A stretch of 58,178 bases of DNA, counting the filler, from Dirinaria sp. TL-2023a (lineage: Eukaryota): NCBI GenBank assembly GCA_051941275.1. It is 6 parts of 6 records of this genome, joined end to end, with 100 filler letters (N's around TTAATTAATTAA, not from the genome) between each part and the next. Parts side by side here need not be neighbours in the genome. Positions count along the whole stretch, not along the records: positions 9,737 to 19,364 come from JAVEBF010001027.1; positions 19,465 to 29,083 come from JAVEBF010001028.1; 4 more parts are not named here. The stretch is one strand, 5' to 3'. The first letter of the stretch is position 1, and each line of letters begins with the position of its first letter. The notes under the pieces are model-generated. The model was given only the letters and a program-made list of their open reading frames with translations. It was not told the DNA's origin and did not search any database. The position numbers and the translations under genes are program-made. Positions 10,244 to 23,600 of this stretch are shown one piece after another.

Positions 10244-13200
10244 TTTTCCTTGGCGAGATATTTTTGAACTTGTAAGGGATAGCAGGATAGAACAGGTAAA
10301 GAGTATAGCTTTTAAGTTAGGGCTCTTATGATACGCTTTTACAATAGAACGATTAACGAAGGGCAGAGGTGTGAACGAGAGACGCTGTATACTTTGCACA
10401 CGAAAATTGTAAGAAGTAGAGAGCGAAGAAGAAGGCTGTGCTCAATATATAGAGGGTCAGGGGGTCGGGCATACTTTTAATACGAGACTGCTAGCATACC
10501 TACCAATTCTGCCGTGCACGGTACCTCGTACATGATGGGATGAGTCCATCGATAGGTAGAGGCCGTTGCCTTGGCCAACTGAGGCTGCTGAATGGTGCCC
10601 CCATACCTTTAGTCACGGGTGACTTTTTGTATGCCCTATAGGCAGTCTCATCACGATTGGGGGTCAAAACATCCGTGGTAGTCTCATGCCAAGCAGCCCG
10701 CTCGCAAGGCAGACCAATAGCAATTGCATTTGAAATGAAGAGCTAAGCCGGGCTTTTTTCTTGGCTCGTTTCAACATCCAGTGACAGCACGATAGAGAGA
10801 CAAGTCGAGCCGACCATAGCGAGCGCTGAGGCTTTTCATAAACATTGTGATTCGCTGTGCTGTGAGGGGAGCCTGATACCGTCCACCTGATAGGTTTCGA
10901 TATTCAAGCCTCATCGTAAGATCATCTTACGCTTAGCAGGAGCTGAGGTTCAAGTCACTCGAGGAGTCGAGATGCTTGGGACATTGATGCTAACAATGAA
11001 GTGAGGATAGTCGCTGCGTATGCGCTGTAGGTTCTTTCTAGACCAGAGGCGTGTGAAGTCCCATAAAGTCCTCTTAGCGAAGCCCTTGGGTACGGCACGC
11101 GACAGGAATTCATCTTGAATCGGATTGAAGCTTGTGAAAAGCGTATGGCTTCCTTTAAAGCTCACTCCAGGATGACTTGCTCTTGACCAGTCCTGGCAGC
11201 TGTTCGTGGTACAAGTACCCAAGCATCATGCTTCTCATGCTACATCTCCTCCGATTTTAAGCGCACGAGGGGCATTATTCGGAGCATCCACGAGTATCCA
11301 TTCCAGGCTTCCATTATTGGTAAACACTCGCTCACTGGCAACAGTGCTGTAATCCAAGGTCGACAGGTCCGAAAGCCTTAGACTTAGAAGATCTTTGGGA
11401 AGTGGACAGCTTTAAGCGCATTTGGGAGAGAAAGGTTGCTAAAGCTTTAGCGGAGGTTTTCCTTTGACCACCGCTTTATTTTGCCGACTCTTCCCTTCCA
11501 CAGTATTCCCTTCTGGTAGGCTAGAGCACGTGATCTTCAACTCACGTGCAGACGAGTCATGTCAGTTCACACGTCGTGCTTGAGCACTGCAAATCGCCGA
11601 TCTTGACTTCAGTCTCTGCAACTCTTCAGGAAGAATGCCTCTTCAAGCCTGTGTTTGATTTGGATTCATCCAGGTTCAACGTAGTGACTTGGATAGGCTC
11701 CGTAAGTAAAGTAGACGCCGGGTAGTCAAATCGGAAGACATGACGAGTTCCAGATTTGTCTCGAAAGGCATAAGCCATCGAGCGAAAGTGTCCATAAGAG
11801 AGTAGTCCATAAATAATCCGTGAGTAAAGGAAAGTGTTTTACAGAACTCAAAGACGGAAAAAAGATAGAGCCACAATAAATGTATCTAGGACTCACTTGG
11901 TCAGAAAGCTATATCTCGTTAGCCTACAGGACTCTTCGGTAGCGTTCAATGTTCACCGCGTGGGCGAAAGGTAAGATAAATAGGCCAAGAGTTATTCCAA
12001 GCTAGTAAAATTTACTCCCAACTTCGAGGAAAATCGTAGCCCAATACTTTAGTTCCTACTTCCTAGATAAGAAGCACGATCAAGCTTCGTTATCCGGAGT
12101 AGAACCACCTCAGTCAATTACCCCTCAATCGAAGGCTGCGAGTACTCCTCGTGGTAGGTACCATGACATGCCATCAATTGCATCAAATTCCTAGAAAGTA
12201 TTAGGGAGCCAGAGAGGATCTGGTCGTCTCATGTATCTCTTCAAGCCTGCACATTTACTTTGATGTTACGAAGATGTGATCTAGTACAGACGTAATCTCA
12301 GGACTAGAAGTTGCTACGATGGCTGGCTCCGTGTAGCGTATGGACTTGATAAACCTCGGACTAATGGGCGGTTTCAACCCTGTAAGAACCCTATAACAGC
12401 TGAAGTCTAAGGTACCTTATGATAACAATGATTTCCACGTGAAAACTTCGCCTATGCATTAGGGTGTCATGCTCAGCAGAAATTGCCAACCTCGATCCTC
12501 GACCTCGTGTTATGCAGGTAGCGTTTAGACTCGTGGATTATACTATGATAATTTTTGCAAACCTTCCTCCAGGCTATGCGATGATGCAGTAGATTGAAAT
12601 GCTATGGTATGGAGCTAGAAAAAAGAAAAAAGGATAGCACAGATTGTGGGTTTCCATGTGCAGTCACAAACCCGCCAATGCAAGAGGCCATTGCCGTATA
12701 AGCGCTGCCACGACCATTGGCAAATTTGGGTACTTGTTCTTGCGACCACAGGGGAAGTAGGACTCCTATGAGCAAAGAGTACATCGAATGTCCGACTCAT
12801 TCCCAAGGCCTTCTCCGCAGACAGCGCCGGGGACTCAACCTGGTAGACAACAGGCCTGGTCTAGAATTACAGGACCTTGGAATGAAATACAATTTAGTAT
12901 CCCGGTCTTATCATAGGAGCCGACAGAACATTTCCGACCTGTTCCCCGAAGAAACCAGCTGAAAGACATGGCAATTATGATCAAAAAGCTAGAAGGGTCT
13001 TTGCTGATCAATGATTGGATAAGTAAACACAGGTGGCACTCAAATCTGAGATGCGCCTCGAATTAACCTTATGTGAGGAAGGTCTCCACTGTGTATATTC
13101 CCTAAGATAAGGCACCTTAATAATGCGACCTCGTTGAAGAAGCATTGAAGCAGCCGCACTGTGACATCAAGTTTATGTCATCTGCATAAGGTAAGCCACG

Positions 13201-13323
13201 ACATTCGGATCGATAGCCGATGAAGCTCAGATAGTCACTAAACATCAATCTCGACGTCGCATCAACGAAAGATCTTGATCCGCGACAAAGAACGACAGGA
13301 AGTGAAAGCAACTCCCGTTCAGG

Positions 13324-14184
13324 ATGTCTACAAACCTCCTGGACGCTCATGGCAGGCGGTACAACGAGTGGGATACCATGTCCAAAATGTACGAAAGTAC
13401 AGTAGGACGTTTCACTGGACCGATGGTTCAGGAATTGGTGCAATGGGCCGACAGCATCTTGCCACTCAGCGCGTCTGGAACCAAGGCCTTGGATAATGGG
13501 TGCGGCACCGGAAGTTTGAGCGGCGTGCTAAAAAGGGACTACCCCGATGTTGCGCTGCTAGCCACGGACTGCTCTTCGGGAATGATAGATAAGGTTCGAA
13601 AGAGAGCGGCGGAGGAAGGTTGGAGAGCTTTTGAAGCTCGAGTGCAGGACGCCAGAGATCTGAACACCATCAGCGACGAAAGTATCACGCACGTCTTTTC
13701 ATCTTTCATGATTTGCCTTGCGCCTGATCCCGACGTTATTGCAAAGGAGATGTTTCGAGTTTTAGATGCCGGAATTATCGGGCTTGCGGTATGGGGAGAG
13801 CCGAATTTCTCCTTCTGGCACCGTCCATGGACCGAAGCTTGTCTGGAGCTTGACCCTCGTTATCAGAACCATAAGTTCATGCACGAAGAATGGACTCACC
13901 CAGAGATGGTCAAGAAAGGATTGATAGCGGCCAACTTTAAGGATGTCGAGATAAGGACAAAAGAGGAGCTTTGGCCATGGGAGAATGTCGATGCGGCAAT
14001 GCATTATTTTTTCGACGGCCATAATCCTATGAATGAGGAATTGCATAGGTGGTGGCAAGATCTGGGGCGAAGTCTGGACGAAGTGAAGCCAGTTTTTGGA
14101 AGGAAATTGAGAGAGGCTTTCGGGCGTGAGGATGGCTCGCTCGAGGGGCCTCTTTTCATTTGCCTAGCAATAGCGCGGAAATAA
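13324..14184 (+). CDS. Class I SAM-dependent methyltransferase (UbiE/Methyltransf_25-like)
   Basis: Intronless 286-aa ORF with motif I ALDNGCGTG, followed by ATDCSSGMI, VQDARDL and EMFRVL. Confidence 0.9.
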   Translation: MSTNLLDAHGRRYNEWDTMSKMYESTVGRFTGPMVQELVQWADSILPLSASGTKALDNGCGTGSLSGVLKRDYPDVALLATDCSSGMIDKVRKRAAEEGWRAFEARVQDARDLNTISDESITHVFSSFMICLAPDPDVIAKEMFRVLDAGIIGLAVWGEPNFSFWHRPWTEACLELDPRYQNHKFMHEEWTHPEMVKKGLIAANFKDVEIRTKEELWPWENVDAAMHYFFDGHNPMNEELHRWWQDLGRSLDEVKPVFGRKLREAFGREDGSLEGPLFICLAIARK

Positions 14185-16958
14185 TGTGGGAATGGCCATG
14201 ACCCCATGCGAACACTTTGCACAATACATTCAAGATCATCTCGCCAAGACCTTTTCTGTTGTTACTCAAGACGGCGTAAAATTCCTTACCTCATGCATCA
14301 TGGGCCAACCTCCACGTCTGTGCAGGCCCTTACTGCGGCCAGACTAATTTACAGCTGACTGCAGATCAGAGTTCCTGCAAGATCCTTGTGGCATTCCGTC
14401 GCAGAGAATGGCAAAAGTACAGAGTACTAAGTCCTGTATGCCGCTGCCGATCATTCAGTCCGTCGCAGCTGCTGCGTAGATGAGCCATCCTTTCGAAGAC
14501 ACTTAAGAGGATGTCGACTATCAAATTGGGATTAGTCGTATGGGGTCTGTTGAAATGAACCCAACGTTATTTAGGTGGAGGCTAAATTCTGTAACTCCGA
14601 GCTGTTTTGGAGATCGAGCAGCGACATGATGAAACCCATGTCAGCGTTCGAAAGCACAGTGTGAGGACCACTTCATGTACATAACAATGTGAGCAACAAT
14701 TTGACATGGAAATTGAGAACTAGGATGATACGGATGGTGTATACGCGATCCGTTCCGAAGCCGATTGGGATGTAAGATCAGTAGCAGTCACAGATGTATT
14801 TTCTGGCCAATCGAAAAAAAGCACGTCCCTACCAATGTAAGGAGAGATCAAGAACTCTGCTCCGCCATTTCCTGGGAACCATGCGAGTATGACATGCACA
14901 TGCGTGACCACAGTACGCTTTGACCGTCGCTAGCCCGAACGGATGGTATCACTCGTTGTTCTCCTTGCTCCGATCGTGGTGGTCTAGATTTGGATGTGTT
15001 GCTAAGTGGCTGAACTGAACAGTAGCCGTCAATCCGTAGTGTCTGGTTACGACCTGGCATTTGAGGAAGTTCCCTTGGAGACTGGAGAATGACGCGTTCA
15101 GATAGAATTAGGAATTGCGCAAAGAGTCGAGCCATCAAGACTCCACTTCGAGACTCCACACCCCAGGGATCAATTAGCGCCTCTTCTGCATCCGAGATGC
15201 ATCCCAGATCTGCTGCGCATATTGCAGGTCCTTGAAACATTTCGAGGTTCCATGGTGGAGCGTAATCAGTGCATTGAAAAATTGCGGGGACAAAACAATC
15301 AGAAAAGTTGAGGCATATGACTATCGTTCCCCAGTCGCCCTTTTGCCGTTTTTCACATGTCATAGGTACCTGGTCAGATTCAACGCGCAAAAGTGTCTAG
15401 GTCCGCGATCGACCCAGCGACTGAGCCTCCAGCATCCTGAACCTCCCTCACCCCGGATGCCAATTTGCAGCTATCAGTTTCAGCAGGGAAAATGCAATTC
15501 TGGAAGTGAAACGGAGGTATGTCTCTGCTCATGAAGTGGTGTGAAGCCTGGGCTTGACATAAGTACTCCGTACAGTAGGGATCCGGCTGCCTGGTGGCTG
15601 GAATTGTTGTGCACCGCCACAGCATACTCCAGATTCCGCTGGGTTGTCATCGAACATTTGCGAAGGGCAGCGTGCTAGATCAATGCAAGACCTCTAGATC
15701 TCCTAAAGTCGCCCGATTTCGTGCACAAAGGGAAAAGCCGGACGCAGCCCGACACAGAAATGAGGAAAGCCCCGGTAGTATGACTTGCCGGCGATCTTCG
15801 GTCAAGGGTTTGGGGGTTCGTCATAGTGTTTGATGTGTTTGCGGGCTCCGGTTCGCTGCTCGGAAGCGACTGGCGAGCTGGCCTGCAGCACGAGATTAGC
15901 CATGCACTCCATTTAGTATCACCAGCGCCAGATAATGCTCTAACGGACAGGGGTGAGGCGAGGATCGCCAGCCTCCCTTTCTCGCGTGTCCTCGTTACTC
16001 CGCAAACCACCATGGCCTCACATGGCTTGGACATTTTCGGAAATGAAATCTGACCCAATTCGACGCCAGCGCACTGCCAATCTGTTGCCTGTCTTGATCT
16101 GAAATAATGCCTGTCGGGCGGTTTGGTGGTCAGCGACCTTGGAGCTTCCCAAGCCTAGTGGTGGATAGGCGTTCCGAGTATTCCCCATGTTCCAGCTTCC
16201 CTGGCCTTTCGATAATCGTCCACGAAAGTATCCTCAGTAGTCAGCTTTCAGCTCTGCAAGCGGTAGGCTAGCGCTTCTCTTTCATTGAACGTTAAACTTG
16301 TTTATCTCTTGTCTTGACCCCTCATAATGCAAGAGATTTTCGTTCTTAAGATGTACCCCACCCCCACACGCGAATCGGGCCATCCCATACACTGCATGAT
16401 CCCAAGCCACGAAAATCATCCGCTGCTTAGCAATTGAAGTGAGTTTCCTTGAGAAGGCCGGAAGGATTTATCGAAAGAGGATCGGTGAAGGTACTTGTGG
16501 ACGGTGTCGCCGTTCGGAATTTTGGATGTCAACTACCCGCGGGTGACATGGCCAATGTATGACCGTCGACAGAGCCAAAGAGAAGAGGCCCCAATCGAGG
16601 GAAATTGAGGATGTTTCGCTGCTATTGACCTTTGGTAGTGGGAAATTTGAAAAATTTACCCAGATAATCATAATGCCAGCATCAGTCTTGAACCAGGGAA
16701 GGACGCTAGCGCGAGAAATTCAATAAGACTCATCGCACTTTCCCTCGACGCCTGAAGATCTTTCCTCTTCCTCCGTTCAGCACCAATCGGTGCAAAAAAC
16801 TACTCTAAATCTGACTACCTAGATCCTATTGTACTTTTCATTCGGTACCAAGGTCTTTTTCATCCCAACGGTCACCATCACAACCACCTACAACCCCTTT
16901 TGTAAGCTCATGTATCGACAACACAACACTATCGAGGGTCACATGCACTCATTACACC

Positions 16959-18574
16959 ATGGACTCGACAACACTCATGACATTCTTGCTGTACGTATTA
17001 TTTATGTGTGTACCTTATGTTCCCACGGGTGAATTAATATTTTGTGTCTAGTCAAGCGCCAACTTTCGTCTCGACTGTTGAAATCCTAGGATCTTGGGAC
17101 AATTTCTCCCGGCCGTACCCAATGGAGAGAGACAGATCCATGGGTCGTGGTCATTGGCGAGGATGTCACAGCTTCACAGGCATTACTTGTGACGGAGATA
17201 CCTCGGTGTATGGCGGCCGCAGAGATGGCGGCCTTTTAATGGGCGGGACGTATTGGTATTATGTGAGCCCGCCCTTCCCCCCTTAGAAACCCTATTGCTC
17301 GTAATTGTGCCTAACCGCACTTTCTCCAGTACCGTTTCGATGGCGATATCGAGTATTACGATCCTGCTGAGCCTTATACTAACAAATGTCCATTGCTTCC
17401 TGGTCAAGGTGTCAACATATTAGAGGTGCCTGTACAGGCAAAGCCATCAATGAGCAAAGGCCCCAGTGCTTCAACGAGCTCCTTCAGCTCGGCCGTCTTT
17501 ACTATGGATCCCAAGGCTAAGTATCTATCTCCAAAACCTTCCGCGCACCGGACAGTCGCCTCTCGCCTCTCCATCGTTTCCAAAAGCTCTCTCGCAAATC
17601 TGTCAGCACGTTTTGCTAGGCTCATAGTGCGACAACTGCCAGACCACTCGAAGATCTCGTGCAGGTCTACAAAACAAAGGTGTAAATCTTCAGGCTACTC
17701 ACCCGAGCGATGCTCTCCAGCAGCAAGCTTTCAGACACAGAGAGCTACAAAGTCAGCTGGAGACGAGCCACCCCACGAAAGTCAAAATTCGCTAGTAGCT
17801 ACGAAAAGGAAAGTGTCTGGCTCTGCACGGGATATCCATCGCCATGCAGAAGAAGCTGTCACAGCTACATTGGCCAAGACGGCTACCAACGTCCACCATG
17901 CATCAGGTGTCACGGAGGCCCAATCCGACAGCCCGGCACTCTGCTCAAGCGGCCCCCAGGCGCCGCCTAATACTGCCCAACGCTCCGTCTACCCTCCGAA
18001 ACGATCTTCGTCGCCGCCTGCTGAGTTTGACAGCCTTACCCGTCTTGCGCTGGGGAAGGCCATATCACACAGCACCGATGACAGTGAAGTACCCCATGAA
18101 TGGTACGATGCTGGCAATTGCAATATTGTCAGTGCTCGCTCATCAAGCTACTTCTCCAACGACGTTTGCTCTCTCAGCTTCGGACAGAGCACTGACCCGA
18201 CCAGCTCATTGTCTCCTCAGCGTTCATCACACTCGGAATCCCCTTTTTCTGGCGAGATGTCATGGATCGAAGATCGACCGGATGCCTCGATCGCTTATTC
18301 CGTGTACCGGCCCACAGAGACTTCCGAGATCGGTCTGCCTCTATCTTCGCCTCACTTTTCAGGCTACAGTCCCTCTGAAGCGGACCATGGGTCGATGCTG
18401 ACAATCAAAGAGCCTCAAAGCGCGCCTTTCGAACCTCTAGGCTTCAGATCGCCGCTACATCAGAACGACAGCCAAATCCGAGTCCAGGCTTGGAATGATG
18501 CGACCAAGCATCCTGCCTCTGCCTTGGAGGAACTCATTGACGACCTTGGATACTTGGGCGAATTGATTATTTAA
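16959..18574 (+). CDS. Protein with N-terminal CBM48/AMPK-beta-like carbohydrate-binding module and long Ser-rich disordered tail; exons 16959-16990, 17052-17262, 17330-18574
   Basis: Spliced N-terminus MDSTTLMTFLLQAPTFVSTVEILGSWDNFSRPYPMERD..GHWRGC..GGLLMGGTYWYYYRFDGDIEYYDP. Introns GTACGT..TAG and GTGAGC..CTAAC..CAG keep frame into ORF 17393-18574. Confidence 0.75.
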
Positions 18575-19364
18575 CAACGCAGTACAAACATCACCGAGGA
18601 TGACATACATCCGTACAATGGTGCGCAGATGAAGATATTCCTTTTTTATTTTGGCGTACGGGCATCTTTTACAAGATGATATAATACAGGTATACCCCCT
18701 TTTCGCGACACGGACCTTCTGCTTTCTGGCCAATAAACATCTTGGCAACGGATTTTGGGACAGGGAAATAAAGTAAGACCATCAGGTACATAGCTTTAAA
18801 TGGCTATCGAGCTGGAATCGTATAGCAGGAACATAGAGTTGGGAACTTTGTTACTCACGGCAGTGATAAATAATGTTCACAGGAGCTTAGCCAGGTCATG
18901 CTATAAACTATCACATCGTTAAACAAATACACCTTAGGTACCTACCTACTCAAATCTAGCTACTACTCATAGAAAATCAAATACGACCAATATAATCAAC
19001 CTAAAACCCCACTAATACTCCGATCTCGGTACAGTACAAAACTATCTCCAATCAGCCGCTTACAGGATCCTTCCATGTCCAAGCAAAAAGCCAGCTGCAT
19101 CGATCGTTCCGTCACCGAGCAAAAAATCCCGCAAAACAACGACACTACTTACCCATAACTTTAGAAGAACAGTATTCGAAGAGCGTGTATATCATAAACT
19201 ACCGGAGTCTTGTATCTGTCGGCACCTCCCATTTCACTCTAACGGACTAAAGATAAAGGAGGGCGGCCCGCACACCATCCTTCCTCGAGGGAGGGGGGGC
19301 TCTTTTTTGGTATTGGGTCAGGTATCTAGAAGTAAGTATAACTACGCATATGCTACCTTCCCAT

Positions 19365-19464
19365 NNNNNNNNNNNNNNNNNNNNNNNNNNNNNNNNNNNN
19401 NNNNNNNNTTAATTAATTAANNNNNNNNNNNNNNNNNNNNNNNNNNNNNNNNNNNNNNNNNNNN
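19365..19464. other. Artificial contig spacer N44-TTAATTAATTAA-N44
   Basis: Same 100-nt linker as at 9637. Confidence 0.97.
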
Positions 19465-19557
19465 GGTGGGGAAGTGGGAAGTTAATGGACTGCGTTCGTG
19501 AACGAAATACATGGAAATAAATAGAATGATAATAACCACCACCATCACCAAAAACGC

Positions 19558-19580
19558 AGAGAGAGAGAGAGAGAGAGAGA
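19558..19580. repeat. (AG)11 microsatellite
   Basis: Perfect dinucleotide run near the contig start. Confidence 0.9.
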
Positions 19581-20607
19581 TCCCATTCAGCTTGCACATT
19601 CCATATTGCATATTACATGCATGTATTCACTTGCATTGCTTACCTTGTCTGCCTACTTGCTCACGAGCTTTACTATCTTACCAAACAACATCTACACACC
19701 TCATCAGAGATATACATCCACGTAATACGCCAAGAGCTTCTTCATTGCATGCATCCACTCATTCATCAAACATATATATAAAAATCTACCTGACCTAGGT
19801 ACATACATACATGTTTTTACTTCCTCACGAACGAGACGGTTCTGTTTCTGTTTCCTCTAAATTTCGCGTAGAGGTGGATGCACAAGAGACATAGACATAT
19901 AACTTCGACCAAGAAAATAAGCAAAAGGAGAAAAACCGCTGGGGTCCGTTTCACTGCTCTTTCTTCTTCTCCTTCTTTTTCGCAAAACCCAAAAAGCTTG
20001 GGGGGAAAAAAAATCCACCTCCCCAACCCCAAAAAAAAAAGATTTGAGCATATTGTCCCATTCCCAGCGTGAGTAGTTTTCCCCATCCAAAAGGATTATT
20101 TTTTCCCTTTCGGCAGTACGTATCTCAGTAATCGGTATGTAAGGGGTATATCAATAGCCCAAAAAAAAGGGCAGGAGATAGATATAAATAGGATAGATGA
20201 TAGCGGGGATTTGATAACGCGTAGGTAGTAGGGCAATGTAGATAGATAGGGTGTTAAGTGTAGATTGTGAAGATTTTATATACGGGATGGAGGGGTTCGG
20301 TTTGGCGCGGTTTGGATGGCGGAGTAGAGGAGGCGTAAGTAACCTGGGACCAAGAGCCTAGAACCCTCCGCACACGTAGCAGACTGCTGAACGTCGATCA
20401 CGCCTCCGGATTCGCGATTTGCTGAAAGTCTCGTGGAAGATCGTCGGATCATGAGTTACATATATCAGGCTGTACTGATATAACTCGAGGCTTGGCTGGT
20501 AGCAGAGTTTTTCGCTCAGCTTCTGAGCCGTTTTTCCGCTGTTCAATCTGCCGGGTTTGTCTGTGTGAGAATGTATTCTTCTTTCAGAACGAGATGGGCG
20601 AACGGGC

Positions 20608-23600
20608 TCAAGCTTCTTCCATCAGCGCTTCGTCGCCGGCATCGCGCCATTCCCTTGATTGCTTCGTCAACCGCTTCACGCCAGCCACGCGACCCGCCCA
20701 CAAGCTCTCAGCCGGGGTGCGGAAAGTGTAGCCTCTCTGGCTGGCAACCACGCCAATGGCTTGCAGGACTGCCTTCCTGCTGTCACGGCCGAAAACTGCA
20801 GGATGGTTGATCCACTCGAGACTGGCCTCCAGCTCGGTGTCGAGTGCGTTGAGGGTGATCGCATCGATACCGGACGCTGGTGCGAGACCGTTCTCGGAAG
20901 ATGGCGAAGGGTGACGCTCTGGCGATCCTGGCGGGTTCAGCTCAGAGGTACCGTTCGTAGTCCCGCCGACGGGAGACTTGGGTGTAGCGCTGGGTTGGGG
21001 TAGAGGTGGCAGTCCGCCTTTGCCAAGGCCTTTGAGGATCGTCCGAGTTTCCTTGAGCAAGTGGTGGGCGCGGTCATGTTGGCCACGTGACACCAGGGTC
21101 AGAGCACGCGTCAGCATATCAGAAGTCAATAGTTCCATCCGGCGTTGGACGATACCGGGATGGGGAGGGATTGGAGGGGTTTGTGGCCGGGCGGTGGACT
21201 TGGGACGAGGATTGACGGGAAGCATGGTAATTGCGAGCAGGGATGGTCGTGGCGGGTGGGTTAGGGTTCCTTCACGGAGGATGTCTCCATAAGTCAGATC
21301 AGCCTGGATCAAGGGGACCTCCTCGACACTGAGCGTCCGTTGTTCGTCTGAGTCGAAAGGGCCGCCAAGGGCTTCGAGTCCGGAGACAATGGTTTCCCAT
21401 GGATCCTGGGGCAGCTGATCTTGCGAAGTGTTGTCTGGGGCAATGACCAATTGGACGAGGATGTCTGTGTGGAGATGACCCGATATTAGCCCAGGCTCGC
21501 AGCGTCAGGCCAGCTGAGACGGAATACTAATAATGCTAGGAGAAATTAAACAACTAAAAAGGTACGACTAACCTCGTTTGTCTCCGAATCGTAAATCGCC
21601 TAGCGCTGCTTCGGCATCCTTCCCAGTGGCGCGCTTGGTGATCTGAAGAGCTCCCGAGATTTTGACAAACTTTGCTGGCGATCCTTCTGGAAGACGCAGC
21701 TTTAATTTGACATTCTGGTGCGACGTCGTCTGCAGGGACCCCAGGCACCCCGCAACGCATTCGCGAAGCATCATCCAATCCTTGACGTAAGTATACGACG
21801 CCTTGGTTCGCGTGGAAAGCTCAATCATCGTGTCGGGTTTGTGCGTTAATCCCAGGCCGAAGGAGTGGATGGCGACTCTGGTGCCAATAATGTCAGTATA
21901 ACTGGTTCTCGGAAGAGTCGAGCACACTAAACAAGGGCAGGGGCACGAACTTAGCTGCTTCCGCCCGTGAAACCACAAAGTCAACGCTCTCGGCGTCCGA
22001 GGTCGACGAATCGCTAATCAGTAGGATGGTCGCGATAGGGTTGTTGGCCTTTCGTTGCATTAATAAATCCATAGCAACGTTCGCCCCTTCCACGACATCG
22101 GCTCGGAGACTTTTCTGTCCTACGGGGCGGATGGAGTTGAGAATCTTAGTCCAACCCGTCCAGGCCTTCGTCGTCATGCCGACAAGAGGGACTCCACCTC
22201 CGCTCGAACCAAAAGTGACCAGGCCCATTCTGTCGCGCTCGCCCAAGTTCTGAACCATGAATTTCAGGGCATCCCTTAGGAGGGTGATCTTGAGTCCTTG
22301 CATTGAGGACGAGACCGGGATAACGACCACGATGTCTAGTGGTACATGTACGGATGCGGGGAGACGCGGCTCTTGCATGGTCGCACCCCTGCCGGAGGCG
22401 GTATACTCTGTTGGTGCAGTGTTAATAGATTTGGCCCCTCCGTATGAGGAATTGACGGAGGATTGTCGCTTGGTCTTCATTGTCCGGTAGTCATCCTCGT
22501 CCGTACCAGAATTTTCTTGATCATAATCCGGGCTGGCTCGTACAGGCTCCGCAGCATTGAGGTCCATGAGCGCTCGTTTCCACTGGTCTACTTGGCCCCG
22601 ATGTTGAAACTGCAAGTGGAACTGCTGCAGGTCTGCAACCGAAAGGCTCAACGTAAGGACTGGTTCATCTGCACGTCATTTCGGTCAGTCATGCCTGTGC
22701 GCACAGATCGTGCAGATACGTACTAGGGCTTGACTCGACATGCTTCAGATGTTTCTTAATCAAAATGGAGCCTTTAAGCGTGCACCTCGTAAGTTTGCGC
22801 TTAGAGTCTCCATCTGGGTACTGAGGCGGGGCGCCCTTCTTCTCTTTGACGCATATAAGCATCTCTGCGAAAAGGAAGCATTCGAGCTCTTGCCATGATT
22901 GGCGGTCTTTACCGACTCGCACCGTGCCGTAAAGTCGAAGTCGCCCGAAACTGTTTTGAGTTAGAAATAGGGTAGATGGATTAAATCGATAGAGAAAGAC
23001 GCACCGTGAAAAATCCAGCCCATGCCAATTGTCCACACGCAATCGAAGATCCTCTGCGATTTCTTCCAAGACCTCCGAGGACTCGAATGGCCACTCGAGT
23101 TGTTGCCGACTCTGAGCCGGAGATTTTGGCCGGCTGTAAGTATCGCTGCCTTGCTGCGTCGAGGGTAGGTTGGGCGCTCCACGTATATCGGCGGGATCTG
23201 GACTCCATTTCCCCTCAGGCACCTCGATAGTCACCAGGCACGTCAGACTTTGCTGTTGTCGAGACCGACTGAGAGTGGGGTACTCGCTCCGGACCGTGAC
23301 TGTAGGGGCCGGTATAGGGTTTTTTGTAATGCTGGCTCGAGGACTGCTTATTGCAGTCTCCATGGATTGTACATCGTAGTCGTGCCTTCTGTCATTCCCT
23401 GCGTGGTGATCTCCGTACTCGTTAGACGAAGCTGGACCAGTACCCCCACTACCGTCTCTTGAGTGTTGCTGACGTGGCGCTGATCCATATCGCTCAACTC
23501 TCTCACGGTGTCCGATATCCCGAATGTCCCGCTCCCGAGCCGTTTCCCGACTATCTCGTTGAGAATCACCCCTGTTCGACTCTCTGCTCCCAGGTCTTTC

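Noticed and set aside
11527..11580. Two CACGTG E-boxes plus GAGTCA as a regulatory module
   Set aside because: Short motifs more than 1.2 kb from either gene; cannot be distinguished from chance.
12602..12806. Short minus-strand ORF faintly resembling an MFS transporter C-terminus (LPLWSQEQVPKF)
   Set aside because: Too short, with no further TM segments or splice structure.
14720..16058. Several 60-180 aa ORFs between the methyltransferase and the CBM48-like gene
   Set aside because: No recognisable motifs, overlapping on both strands, no coherent exon chain.
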